A stretch of DNA of 62,524 bases, the filler included, from Aduncisulcus paluster (lineage: Eukaryota): NCBI GenBank assembly GCA_024181965.1. It is 8 parts of 7 records of this genome, joined end to end, with 100 filler letters (N's around TTAATTAATTAA, not from the genome) between each part and the next. Parts side by side here need not be neighbours in the genome. Positions count along the whole stretch, not along the records: positions 1 to 11,946 come from BQXS01011323.1; 7 more parts are not named here. One strand, 5' to 3'. The position numbers and the translations under genes are program-made. Below, one piece after another: positions 1-11,232 of this stretch. Under the pieces are notes generated by a model. The model made no database searches. It had not been told where the DNA came from and saw only the letters and a program-made list of their open reading frames with translations. Each line of letters opens with the position of its first letter. The stretch's first letter is position 1.

Positions 1-2678
1 CACCATTTTCCATGGCACCATACCCTCCCCGTAACAATATAAGCTTTGAATCACGCTGCAGCCTTGTACAGGCTCGGACCATACTTCCCACATTCTGCCC
101 GCTATCCCCACCCTCCACAACGAACATGTAAATACCACTATTCTTGATATCAAGGATAAATGGAGATTCTTGACCATAGTCAACCATTGAGGAAGTATCA
201 AATAATGGTATCATCTTCGAAAATCCATTTCCAGGAAGAAATAAGGCCTGATATGGGTTAAATTGGATAGTTTTTGGATAATCTTTCGATATTAAAGGTG
301 TTTGACAGCTTTTTATGGATATAAACGGGATATCTACAAAGAATGATGGATTATTGTTGACCAATCCATTATTTACAGCCGTGTTTTCCCATTTCAACAG
401 CAACTTCTCCCTTATTCTTGTGTATTTCTCCATAATATGAAATGAAACAGCCATGCATGCCTTGGAATGTTCTCTGGTAAATGCAATAGAGCGATCCTTA
501 CATTGAGATGGAGGAATATCTAATGATTTAGAGCCTAAAGGATGAAGAAATTTCAAAGAATGTTCAAAAACATCCATAAAATCTGATATAAATACCTCAA
601 ATTCAGCTATGAAGGACCTCAAGACTTGGGAATGGGATGACAACTCTCTACACTTGGCATCACAATGGTCAACGAGGGAAGAAAAAAGCGAATCACACGA
701 TAACTTCAGAGCTTCAAGTCCTTTGTATTTTTCAGTGGTGGTAGCTTGCAGGGTCTGCAAGTTTTTGAGACATAATTTGATTAATGAAGGTTTACAAAGA
801 GAAAATGCACCTTCTGAATGAGAAGAAAGGAGTGATGAATCATTTTGATCCATCATTTCATGTAAAACACCCATTATATGACTCAATGCCTCAGTAAGTT
901 TACGTTTAATTGTGTCATGTTCATCAAGTTTGGATACAAATGCCAAACATTCTTGGTATGCATATTCTTTGATTTCTTTTGTAACTCTAATGCTATATAA
1001 ACATGATTCATATTCACTTTTCACAACATCCATCAATAAGCGCTTACTTTTAAACACTTCAATGTTCGCTTCGATCTTTCTCCTTGTGAATGTGATAATA
1101 TCCATAAGATTATTTCCAGAGGTTCCATTATCTTGACATTTTCGACATATGAACTGAGTTCCAGCACATTTTGCACAGAACATAGCCCTGCACACTGGGC
1201 ACACCCAAGAAGTTCCATTGATGCTTCTTGTTGGATAGTCTTCAGATTCAAAGGATTGGACATCATCACTGGGCACACAATATGTACAAACAGAGTCCCT
1301 GAGGATTTGTGATTGAGATGTTCCAGACAGTGACTGGAAAAGAGTAGAGGTTGAATTGAAGGGGGAAGGGAGTGGAAAGTCAGATAATGATCGAATGTCC
1401 GAGGAAGAATGAATAGCATGTTGGAATTCCGTACAAGTCGGAACTTTCCTCATGTGAATATCTTTCCCGAGAGAAAATTCTTCACATTTAGTTGAATAGC
1501 TATGCCGAGCGTTTGTGCGAATAGTTCCAATATGGCCGAGTATTTTGTCACATATTTCATCATAGGATGGCGATATAGATGAATATATTTGAGATATTGA
1601 ATCAATAAACTCCTTGAGTCTCGGTCGACGGGATGGAATGATTGATAAGCTCTGAGTGATAAGAGAGGCAAGGGAATGAGATGATAATTCACTTTGTAAC
1701 TGGGGAAAAGCATCAAGAAAAGTCCACGAATGAGATTGTTCTTGTAGTTTTCCAAGATCTTGTTTTGAAGTTGAACTCATCATCATCATCATCACCATCA
1801 TCAAGATGATCAATACTAGATTCAAATGGAAAAGATGACGCATGAAACGTTTTTTTAACAACACTGTTTAACCATATTAAATACTTTGATACCCCAGCTG
1901 AGAATATTTCAGAGGATGATGGAACTAGGAGTTTGAGAATAAATAGTCCAAGACTCCAAGTCGCCATATATTCACCAATACAAGAAATAGATGAAGGAAG
2001 TAAAACCAATTCAGGAGGTAATAAGCATAACCTGTGAGGAGATATTGGAAAACGGATACTTTTTTTTGACACATGAGAAATAGGTTCTTTAACACATTTC
2101 TTCCGATCTTTTTTTGGGAGAAGGATCGCTTTATCATCAATATATATGAAGGTTGAATTTATAATTTTCATTGAACCATCAACGAAACACCCGAAATCAT
2201 TAATGTCTAAAAGGTAAGGGAAACAACCAGAAAATACTAAATTTGAGATTATCGAAGAAACTGATTTTAATATCCAAAACATAGAAGTATCAATTAAACA
2301 AGATTGATGAGAAGATGAAGACATAGGAAGATCCATGGATAATTCACCATCAACAAAAGTGGTTAAAGGAACGAACGAAAGCGGGAAAACATGAATGAGA
2401 TTGTCAAAAGATGGACTATTTTCACAATAAGGAGGAACAATAAAAGAAGGATGCAAAATATAAGTAGAAACTGGCAACGAAGACAAAGTTTCAATCTGTT
2501 TTTTTAACGAGGACATTTCCGATTTTATGACAGATATATCAGCATACCGAACAAATTTTCTTCCTTTGGCTATAATATGAATTCTCTTATTGAAGAGACA
2601 CGTTCCTAGACAGGAATCAGGAAAATAGTGAATATCACGTATTTCACAGTCTGATTGTTTATGAATAGTTACTACCAT
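1..2678 (-). CDS. Multidomain protein: N-terminal pseudokinase, Cys-rich B-box-like Zn finger, coiled coil, ALK/LTK-like glycine-rich domain. Contains a +1 frameshift near 1776-1802 and runs off the window start
   Basis: ORF 1713..2678 has kinase C-lobe motifs (LLPPEL = APE, ATWSLGL = DxWSxG) but no HRD or DFG. Manual translation of the +1 frame is open from about 1924 to base 1 and gives kinase subdomain XI (SLASLITQSLSIIPSRRPRLKEFI), then CTYC...WVCPVCRAMFCAKCAGTQFICRKC, a helical region, and NSGIYMFVVEGGDSG...LILLRGGYG. Confidence 0.7.
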
Positions 2679-2867
2679 TAGAATTATTTAAATTTCACAA
2701 TTTTGATTTTTGTTTTTTACCGGAAAAGAACAGAAAAAAGCGATTTGGAATCCGATGGTCACTATAGCCAGATACAAGAGATATCAAGAAAAATTGATAA
2801 TCAATTTAATAATAATATCAAGAATTGTAAAAAATAAGCCCTGTTTTGACCATGACAATTTATTAAA

Positions 2868-5132
2868 TTATATAACAGAATCCACTGATTCATCTTCCTC
2901 TTCTGGCGTTTCAACGACCATTAATTCACTATTCATCTCGCTTTCCGTTGGATTTTGGGTTGAGGAACTATCTATTTCATCCTCAAAGGACGGAACTACA
3001 TCCTTTTTTTTGATTGCTAAATCTCCAAGACCGTCTTCTCCGACAGAAATGACTCCATCTGCACACAATTGAAGCGTGGAGACAAATAAACGAGCAACAT
3101 TGAAAGGCTGATGTCCCATATTGACACAAACATCAGATAGAGAGGAAGAAGGTGCACAACTAACCTTCTTTTTATCAGGATTTTTGGTACTCTTCGTCGA
3201 TTGTTTAGAAGAAATTGATTTGCCCACCGAGAACACGGGTGCATACCCATCCACACACAATGAAACATCCTTGCACATCAAAGTCACATCAAATTGAGGC
3301 CTTGTCGATTGTTCGGTAAGTAATACAGATAGTTTTCTCTGCCATTTTCTAGCCTCAGCTTTTGTCTTATCCTCTCTGCGGTATTTTTTGTGTGCTTGGG
3401 CAGTGTATTTTTGTGCCAATGAATGATATATGTCTGCAAATGATTTGATATCCCCGTTTCGATTAATATAATTGTTAGAATGTTGTTGCATTGACTCCAA
3501 CTGTTGTCTTTCCTGCATAATATCTTGTGAGCCAAGAGAGAATGCCACCCTCTTCTCTGCAAAATGACTATCCATGTGAAATATATCGTCTCCAAATCCG
3601 TCCCCTCCCCCAAAATCATCCTCCATAGTCCCATCAAATTGAGTCTGAGCCTTCATTTCCTGTTCTTCTTTGGCCAAAGCTATTATTTCTGTCTCATTGG
3701 GATGTATCATAGATTCGACATCAAAAGGCTGCCGTTCCTTTGGAGGAGAACCCATAGTCTCCTTGTTATCAATCAGCCGCTCCCTTCTTCGCTGTCTCCT
3801 CTCTCTTCCTGTCTTTCTCTTCTGAACCTCCCCGGATCTTTTCTTCCACACGTCAACAATACCGGATCGAAGCTTGGTGTTGCTCACATTGAGAGGCTTA
3901 TCAGACGAGGACTTTCCGTGGGAATAGAGAGGGAGAAGGTCAAGGGAAGGGAAGGCTGGGAGAAGATTGGGGTGGAGAGTGAAGAACTCAGAGTCGGTTG
4001 AAACCTTTGATTTCTTATCCTTATCACGACTCTTTGACTTCTTTTTCATGATTACCTGATCTTCAATCTTTTCAGAACTGGCATGATCTGATGTTTTTGG
4101 ATGTGAATCCAAAGAGTCATCTTGGATACTATCGCCATAGGCAGCTCCTGATTCATCAAAGAGATCCCCACCTGCAGGCCCAAAATCATCATCAAAACCT
4201 CCTCCTCCTCCCATGTCTTGATGATCCAAATCACCCATTGACCCTCCATCATGATCCAATTGTCGGTCAGAATGTCTCATTGAAGAGGTATGATGTAATA
4301 GGGGAGTAGCTGTACCAAGAACAGGAGTGGCAAGCAATCTTGAACCTGGAAACTTTGACTTTTTGTTGGATGAAGCAATATCGGCGGCAAAAGCACCACC
4401 GAGACTAAGTCGAAGGGAAGCATCATCCCAATTTTCAAGAAGACCACATCCACTCGCTCCATGGACAAAACAGTTGAATAAAATTGATGATGATGCATCT
4501 GAGGAAGATAGAGATCGTCCAATCCCAAGGATGTTGTCAGTATCGTATCGATCAAACACGGCACCCCCAGCAGTTTTACGCTGACTTGAGAGCTCTCGAA
4601 CACACATTGGCGGGCGTGGGATGAATGAATCATCTATCAGCGAGGATGCAAGAGAAGATTTTGATCCAATACTTGAAAAAGCTGCAGATAATTGTGCTCC
4701 AGGTTCACAAAATACAGAGGGAAATACAAGCTTTTTCTCTGGTTTACCATCAATGACTGCAGTTGTAATGAGTTTTCCACGAGGAGTCACACTTTGCAAA
4801 TGTTTAAAGGCGGTTTCAAAATCAGAAGAAGGTTTATCATTAACATCACGAGATTTCTTCCTAAATATCTTTCCTGATTCAATAGAACTTAAATAGGGAT
4901 CAGATAAAGACGCAATCATGGCTTGTTGTACGATAGTATGAAGTCGATCAACTTGTTCTCCAAAATGTTTTGTGCTATTTGCTAACAGAACTGATGCTTC
5001 TGCAAATGGTACCGATAGGATATCTTTAGATGCTTCTTCCTCTAACTCACCCAGAAAAACCTTTAAGTTCTCAGACAAATCAAAATTCCACTTGAGCTCT
5101 TTCAATTGGGAAATAAAAGTATGGATATCCAT
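2868..5132 (-). CDS. NCAPH2: Condensin II kleisin subunit CAP-H2
   Basis: N-terminal LKELKWNFDLSENLKVFLGEL...FAEASVLLANSTKHFGEQVDRLH and C-terminal WQRKLSVLLTEQSTRPQFDV...FNVARLFVSTLQL match the conserved CAP-H2 N- and C-terminal kleisin motifs. Confidence 0.88.
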   Translation of the reverse strand: MDIHTFISQLKELKWNFDLSENLKVFLGELEEEASKDILSVPFAEASVLLANSTKHFGEQVDRLHTIVQQAMIASLSDPYLSSIESGKIFRKKSRDVNDKPSSDFETAFKHLQSVTPRGKLITTAVIDGKPEKKLVFPSVFCEPGAQLSAAFSSIGSKSSLASSLIDDSFIPRPPMCVRELSSQRKTAGGAVFDRYDTDNILGIGRSLSSSDASSSILFNCFVHGASGCGLLENWDDASLRLSLGGAFAADIASSNKKSKFPGSRLLATPVLGTATPLLHHTSSMRHSDRQLDHDGGSMGDLDHQDMGGGGGFDDDFGPAGGDLFDESGAAYGDSIQDDSLDSHPKTSDHASSEKIEDQVIMKKKSKSRDKDKKSKVSTDSEFFTLHPNLLPAFPSLDLLPLYSHGKSSSDKPLNVSNTKLRSGIVDVWKKRSGEVQKRKTGRERRQRRRERLIDNKETMGSPPKERQPFDVESMIHPNETEIIALAKEEQEMKAQTQFDGTMEDDFGGGDGFGDDIFHMDSHFAEKRVAFSLGSQDIMQERQQLESMQQHSNNYINRNGDIKSFADIYHSLAQKYTAQAHKKYRREDKTKAEARKWQRKLSVLLTEQSTRPQFDVTLMCKDVSLCVDGYAPVFSVGKSISSKQSTKSTKNPDKKKVSCAPSSSLSDVCVNMGHQPFNVARLFVSTLQLCADGVISVGEDGLGDLAIKKKDVVPSFEDEIDSSSTQNPTESEMNSELMVVETPEEEDESVDSVI

Positions 5133-5506
5133 CTATCTAATAATATTGATATTTTGTATGCAAAAATATAAGCAAACTGAATGAAAAAATTAACTATGTT
5201 ATACAAAACGGGCATTTTTATGAACTTTGAAAAATTAAGTGTTGTGCACAGATGTCTTAGATGTAATATCGAACATAATTAATTTTAGGTTTTAGTAATT
5301 TTATTTCATTTTTGTGATTATACATTATTTACAGGCTGAAATCATAAATTCGATTTTTGGCCTTTTCTGTTATTTTAGAAGAATATCCACAGTTCGAAAT
5401 TATGTCCACTCTCCATGTAAATGCTATAAAATAAGCGAATACCGCTATTTATGAATGTCATGAACTATTATTCTCGCCATCCCATAAATCAAGCTTTTGT
5501 TGGAGA

Positions 5507-6649
5507 ATGACTAGCATAATATTCCTTATTGGAACATATGATGCAAAATTATTTGGTTTTAAACTAGATTTTGATGAAACTGATCCATCTAAATTGATTA
5601 AGCCCCACCTTTTTACTGAAGATCATGCTGGCTGCATTCGATCAATCGCCACTGGAAAAGTAGGTCCAATCACAATGGCGGCAACTGGAGCTAGTGACAG
5701 TCATATGTATCTTTATAATGTTTCATATAGTAAGTCATACGGAGTCGTAGATCAAGGAGATTATGTTACATCCATTGAATTTATTCCTTCAAAACAATCA
5801 TATTTCCTAACAGGTTGTGAAGATGGAAATATTCGTCTCTATAGAACCAAGGATTTTACTCCAATGCTTGTGATGAAAGGACATCGAGCTCCTGTTACAG
5901 GATTAAGTGCTCATCCATCTGGTAGAATGGCTCTATCGACAGGAAAGGATAAAAGACTAAGATTATGGAATTTAATGTCGGGAAAACAAGAAATTCAGAC
6001 ATTGCTCGAAGAAGAATGTTTTTTTCTCTCTTGGAACAAATTTGATGATGTTTCTGATCTCAATTCTCACTTTTTATTATTATTCCAGCATTCTGTTCAT
6101 ATTCATTCACCCCAAGCTTCTTCAATTCGGACTCCAGAATCTGTTTTCTCTCCTACATATTCAGTGTTTAATGAAGGTCAAGAATACAAATGTTCGCATC
6201 ATTTAACAAGTGTTTGTTGGTGTTTCGATGGTCATATATGCGTGGGAGGTGAAGAAGGTGATATTTGGATTGTTAATGTAAAGTCAATTAAATCGCCAAA
6301 ACCGAAATCTAAAAAAGAATTTTCAAAACAAAAAGGCGGGGGAAAAGATGTTGGAAAACGTAGACATATTGATGCAGACAAATCGAATCCCATTTCACTG
6401 GAGAGTTGTTATCACTCGAGGATATTTACTGGCAAAGGAGGGAGGGTGAAAGGTATCCACTGTGTGAGTTTGCCTTCTGATAAGCATTCAGGATACCTCT
6501 GCCTGGCTTCAAGTTCTGGTATATTGGTGATATTAAAAATCACAATTGAAAAATCTACGGTGAATATTGTTGAGATTGGGAGAAAAGAACTCGATATCCG
6601 CGTTGTTACAAGTAGCGCTGGATTATTTGAAGATAAAACAAAGAAATAG
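5507..6649 (+). CDS. PAK1IP1: WD40 60S ribosome biogenesis factor Mak11/PAK1IP1
   Basis: IGTYDAKLFGF N-terminus and KGHRAPVTGLSAHPSGRMALSTGKDKRLRLWNLMSGK are diagnostic for the family. Confidence 0.9.
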   Translation: MTSIIFLIGTYDAKLFGFKLDFDETDPSKLIKPHLFTEDHAGCIRSIATGKVGPITMAATGASDSHMYLYNVSYSKSYGVVDQGDYVTSIEFIPSKQSYFLTGCEDGNIRLYRTKDFTPMLVMKGHRAPVTGLSAHPSGRMALSTGKDKRLRLWNLMSGKQEIQTLLEEECFFLSWNKFDDVSDLNSHFLLLFQHSVHIHSPQASSIRTPESVFSPTYSVFNEGQEYKCSHHLTSVCWCFDGHICVGGEEGDIWIVNVKSIKSPKPKSKKEFSKQKGGGKDVGKRRHIDADKSNPISLESCYHSRIFTGKGGRVKGIHCVSLPSDKHSGYLCLASSSGILVILKITIEKSTVNIVEIGRKELDIRVVTSSAGLFEDKTKK

Positions 6650-6691
6650 ACTTGATTTGGAAATAAAATTAAATTTTATAACACTTTATCT

Positions 6692-9600
6692 TCATTTAAA
6701 TCTCCGAATCTTCACATAATATAGACCAACCAATCCTAGACCGGCGAATAACGCGATAAAACCAAGTACAATCATAGCATTAGCAACTTTCCAACCAGGA
6801 GTTGTTCCGTCAACACTCGAATATTCCTCAAGGAATTGTTCTCCAGTCTCAATACACGGGTCAGGTTCTGGAGGACATATGAACACCAATCCATAAAAGG
6901 TGATCAACTGTAAATTATCTGCACAATATCGAAAATATGATATAATACGAAGCCAAACAAGATAATCTGGAGTCGTTTCCAGTGGAATTCCCTGCGATAA
7001 AAAGGAGACAAGAACAGTAGCAATGATAATTTGAACAGTTTTAACGTCGAGAACCATACTCGCGATAAAAGTTCCAAATGCTCTACTACATATATTAAAC
7101 TCATACACAGCAAGGAAAAACCATATAAAAGACACGCCAGATGGATTCAAATTAATCATCCAATACGCAATAGATACGAAAATAAGTACTTTCAAAAAAT
7201 CAACAATAAGAATGACACTCCAAAAAGATGCGTAATATGCTAATGTACTATAAGCACCAACAGAATGCTCTCTTTGAAAAACAGCACGATCCGTAAAGAT
7301 CAACAAACTGGCACTAAAAGCAGGGAAAACCAGGAAAAATGTGGACAAAATAAAAGCAATAGTTGATCGAATCCCAATACTCTCCTGAGAGAAGTCCAAA
7401 TCAAACCAAATTGCTCCAAATAAGAGGGAAATTACAATATATTCAATAAAAGAGAAAAGGCCAAGTGATGGATCTCGAATAACTCGTCTAAGATAACGGT
7501 TGAATAAATATTTATATTGTGTCGAAAATGATCGTTTATATACAGTTTTGTTTGAATTTGTTTTTGTTTGAGGCTCTGCCTCATCCTGATATTCTTCACT
7601 GTCATCATCTTCATTATTAATGATCGATGATGAATGGGAAACATCTTCTGAACTCTTCGGTGGAGACTCATGAGTTTCCATACCAATTGAACTAGTGTCA
7701 CTTGACCCTCCCCCTTTCAGAGGAATATAAGGAGAAACATAATAATCATGGTTTTGATTCTTCTCATGTTCCGATGGAGAGGATTCTTCATCATAGAAGA
7801 CAGTACTATGTTTTAAGAATCTAGAGCCAATCTTTGCTTTATCTTCCTCAATAGATTGTGTTTCTTTGGTTTCTTCTCCTTTCTCTTTTTCTCCATCATG
7901 TTCTTGCGGTGGCATGGAATGAAACATATCTTCATCATCATATTGGTCGTCTCCATCCCATCCATCAAACTCTCTGCCACATCCAGAGGCAATATCAACA
8001 TCACGATGAAAAGTTTTTGTTGCAAACTCACTTTTACACCGATCATAAGGAACCTTTCCACTTCTTGGCAATTCTGGCTTTTCAATTGGTGTTTTTGGCC
8101 GTCGTAATCTTGATAAGGATCCTTTTGTAACGATTGTTCCAGTTTTCCTCTTTATATCTTGAGGATAAGCCGACATTGGTCTCCTAGCAGCAATAAAATC
8201 TTGCCTTGATCCAAGATCAACTCTTGGAGCAGAATCTACACCATCTAACAAGCGTTTTATCATCATTTTGTGCTGAGATGGTGTATAAACCGGAGGTACT
8301 GTCGGAGTTCGAACCTCGAAAGGCTTTGAAATGGTGGACTGGACGGAACCAGGTGTTTCATATGGATTAGGTTGGGATATTGATTCATCACTATTTGAAG
8401 GATCTTTTCGCACAGTAATATTTGGAAGTGCTCTGGATATTATTACTGGAGGCGGCAAAGGACTTTGGATTGATGGAGAGGTGGAACTGGTTTCAGATTT
8501 GGGGGTTCTTTGTTTTAGATATGCATTCAACACTTCCCAATCAGCATGACTAAATAATATTGAATCGCCTTTGCTATCTTCTTTAATATTTCCATATCTT
8601 AAATCAGCAGCTATTCTCGCAATTGTTGTGAGATACTTCATTCTATCATCGAATTTTAGAGAAAAGCCATATTCACGGGGTGAATTTCGACTTACTAAAT
8701 CCAAGAGATGATCAAATGGATTTATATTCGACGAAGGGATAGCAAATCCAATTAGTCTTAAAAACACCTCAAGATCTATGGATCTCCCAAAATATGCCAC
8801 TTTACCTTCCCCCATAACAAGTATTTTGTCAAATAATGGAAACTGACCACTTGAAGGTCGATGCAATGTTGTGACAATCGTTCGTTTCTTCCGATATCGT
8901 ATTGAAGGGCCCTTTGATTGTATGACGGGTGAATGGGGAGATTCAGAAATATTTGACAAGTTTCCTTGAGATGAGCTTGAGGAAGATTGTGATATTTTCA
9001 TGGATGCTTCACTTTTAGTATAAAAAGGTGATCGTTTGTGAATGGCAGGTCTTTTTACAGTAATAATATCCGATTTATAACCTTTTTCTTTAACTTTTTT
9101 CAAAGGTTTGTCAGAACTCCGATCCCTTTTCGACATTTTATCAATATCCTTGGAATCGCTATATTCCATTATCACTTCATCCCAATCAAGCCACTGAGTA
9201 CTCGTAGGGAGAGTCGTTGAAGTGTATCCAGTGTGTTTCTCAGCACGAATTAGGGTTTTCTCAAGACTCATTCCCTGCGTCATCGTCTTAAATAACCATA
9301 TTAAGTTGTCAGCAGTAACACTATCCAAACCCGAGGTTGGTTCATCAGCAAATAATAGTCCAGGATCAACAACAAGTTCTGAAGCAATCATCACTCTCCT
9401 TTTTTGTCCCCCAGATAGACTTATAATGCGATTAGAAGCTTGATTATCAATTCCGAGTGTAGTAAGAAAAGAATTCACCAACAATTCTTTAGTGGAAGGT
9501 TTGAGTCGTGAGATTCGCAAGGAAGCATGGAAATCAACAACTTCTTTCACTGTATCCAATTGAGGAAAAACATCTTCTTGAGGAATATAGCTGACAAGAG

Positions 9601-10609
9601 AATGCATCCAATCACCAGGTTTATGGCCGAAAACAAATACTTTCCCAGAAACTCCCTGAGGAGGCAGGTGAGCATTGAGTGCAAGAAGTAATGTGCTTTT
9701 CCCACAACCAGAAGGACCAATAATCGATATCATTTCTCCCGCACAGAGTTCAAAAGATACATTGTTAAGTATGGGCACAAATTGATCACCACTTTCAGAG
9801 GTTTGCTTAGACTCTGCAGGATTTGTTGTTTGTTCGTGTTCTTCGCCATCTTGTTTCATGGATTGTTCGTTAACAGATCCATCCACATGCACAATACTTA
9901 TTGTTGGGCTAAATGAAACAGATTTGAGATTTGGAGATTGTCGAAGGTGACTCTGAATCTTTCGGATAGGAGGTCCTGCTTCACTTTGACCATAAACACT
10001 TGATGGGGTCTCATGGCACGAAGGTTTGGCAGAATCTATATTTGATGATGTAAATGAAACTTCGTCTTCAGCTTTTTTGGGCTCAAAAGACTCTCTAGAT
10101 GAGGTAATTGACGTGGATTCTTCTTCATGTATTAGGGGATCTTTAAATTGAAATGACGGCCTTTTAATTGGGATAATTGAAGACGAAGATTCAATTTTCA
10201 ATCTTGAATCATTTTTTTCTGGTTTGGAACCGATCTTTTGAATCTTTTGCTTCTCTTGATCTTCCTCCCACCAAATCTGTTGAGAATTAAGTCGAACTTT
10301 TTTCATTTGTTCCCAGTGCTTCTTTCTTTCGAAAAGTTTTGATCGCACCTTTTTATCATTTTTTGATAATTTAATTTTGAATGATAGATCCCGAACCACA
10401 ACATTACATTCTTCAGGTGAGGGTAGTCCAGAATTAATAAAACCTATAGCATCGACAATATCTCGAATAGTAACTCCAGATGGTTTTGGAAGTTCGTCAA
10501 TTTCTTTCATATACTTATTTTGAATGAGATAAGATGGAGATTGAGGAAAATGACTTATTTTTGAAGATGATGAACCTTTAGTTCTGGAATCCACTGAAAA
10601 ACTTTTCAT
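6692..10609 (-). CDS. ABCG (White-type) half transporter, NBD-TMD order, with large low-complexity insertions
   Basis: Walker A GPSGCGKST, Q-loop YIPQED, signature LSGGQKRRV, FADEPTSGLDS, H-loop TTLHRP. The C-terminal ABC2 membrane domain includes DRAVFQREHSVGAYS. Confidence 0.92.
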   Translation of the reverse strand: MKSFSVDSRTKGSSSSKISHFPQSPSYLIQNKYMKEIDELPKPSGVTIRDIVDAIGFINSGLPSPEECNVVVRDLSFKIKLSKNDKKVRSKLFERKKHWEQMKKVRLNSQQIWWEEDQEKQKIQKIGSKPEKNDSRLKIESSSSIIPIKRPSFQFKDPLIHEEESTSITSSRESFEPKKAEDEVSFTSSNIDSAKPSCHETPSSVYGQSEAGPPIRKIQSHLRQSPNLKSVSFSPTISIVHVDGSVNEQSMKQDGEEHEQTTNPAESKQTSESGDQFVPILNNVSFELCAGEMISIIGPSGCGKSTLLLALNAHLPPQGVSGKVFVFGHKPGDWMHSLVSYIPQEDVFPQLDTVKEVVDFHASLRISRLKPSTKELLVNSFLTTLGIDNQASNRIISLSGGQKRRVMIASELVVDPGLLFADEPTSGLDSVTADNLIWLFKTMTQGMSLEKTLIRAEKHTGYTSTTLPTSTQWLDWDEVIMEYSDSKDIDKMSKRDRSSDKPLKKVKEKGYKSDIITVKRPAIHKRSPFYTKSEASMKISQSSSSSSQGNLSNISESPHSPVIQSKGPSIRYRKKRTIVTTLHRPSSGQFPLFDKILVMGEGKVAYFGRSIDLEVFLRLIGFAIPSSNINPFDHLLDLVSRNSPREYGFSLKFDDRMKYLTTIARIAADLRYGNIKEDSKGDSILFSHADWEVLNAYLKQRTPKSETSSTSPSIQSPLPPPVIISRALPNITVRKDPSNSDESISQPNPYETPGSVQSTISKPFEVRTPTVPPVYTPSQHKMMIKRLLDGVDSAPRVDLGSRQDFIAARRPMSAYPQDIKRKTGTIVTKGSLSRLRRPKTPIEKPELPRSGKVPYDRCKSEFATKTFHRDVDIASGCGREFDGWDGDDQYDDEDMFHSMPPQEHDGEKEKGEETKETQSIEEDKAKIGSRFLKHSTVFYDEESSPSEHEKNQNHDYYVSPYIPLKGGGSSDTSSIGMETHESPPKSSEDVSHSSSIINNEDDDSEEYQDEAEPQTKTNSNKTVYKRSFSTQYKYLFNRYLRRVIRDPSLGLFSFIEYIVISLLFGAIWFDLDFSQESIGIRSTIAFILSTFFLVFPAFSASLLIFTDRAVFQREHSVGAYSTLAYYASFWSVILIVDFLKVLIFVSIAYWMINLNPSGVSFIWFFLAVYEFNICSRAFGTFIASMVLDVKTVQIIIATVLVSFLSQGIPLETTPDYLVWLRIISYFRYCADNLQLITFYGLVFICPPEPDPCIETGEQFLEEYSSVDGTTPGWKVANAMIVLGFIALFAGLGLVGLYYVKIRRFK

Positions 10610-10807
10610 TTCACACTTAATATATGTTACTGTTAACGATATAGCGAAAGATGAACGAAACGAAGAATAATGAAAAATGACAAGATTGGAGAATTATGCC
10701 CCCCTAAATTAAAAAAATCATAAGAATTGAGAACTACATATAATAACACTCAATGATATTTGATAATAATAAAGAAAGTAACAAAAACAGTGACTATTTT
10801 GTCGATA

Positions 10808-11232
10808 TTTAATTTATTTATAGGACGTAACAGGTTCTCGCTAAATTTTAAAACACTAGGATTTTACGATAAATTGTTTCAGTAAAATTGGGTTTGATTT
10901 GCGAGATTTTTGGGTGTTTTTGGCTGAAAGAACTAAAAGCTTAGGTGACTACCCTTGCTCTTTGGTTCTTTCTTTTGGATTAAATTCCAGCTGTAAGACG
11001 ATACACAAGTCGCTTCTCTTATACACAGGCCTCTTCCAAGCCCACATAGAAGGGTAGATACCCATCTACGTGACCTCTCTTCTCTGGTTCGGCCAGGTAC
11101 CATGAAATCAGTTCCATTCCTCCGTACATGCTCAATAAACTCCCAAGCTTTTTCTCCAATGGCTCCAATTGTTGTAAAGGCGAAGGGTATCAAAAGATAG
11201 GGTTGGTGCTTTTTAGCACAGCCTGTATCAAC
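10808..11232 (-). mobile_element. 5'-truncated 3' end of a probable RLE-type (CRE/R2-like) non-LTR retrotransposon, copy A
   Basis: ORF 10933..11298 encodes YLLIPFAFTTIGAIGEKAWEFIEHV...WVSTLLCGLGRG, resembling the FxPFxxETxGxxGxxAxxFL...lxRG tail of restriction-like endonuclease domains. It is followed by about 100 bp of 3' UTR and an A-rich tail (TATAAATAAATTAAATA). The sequence is repeated nearby. Confidence 0.55.

Noticed and set aside
1033..1755. ORFs 1033..1419 and 1450..1755 as separate genes
   Set aside because: Alternative frames overlapping the true open frame that runs from about 1924 to base 1.
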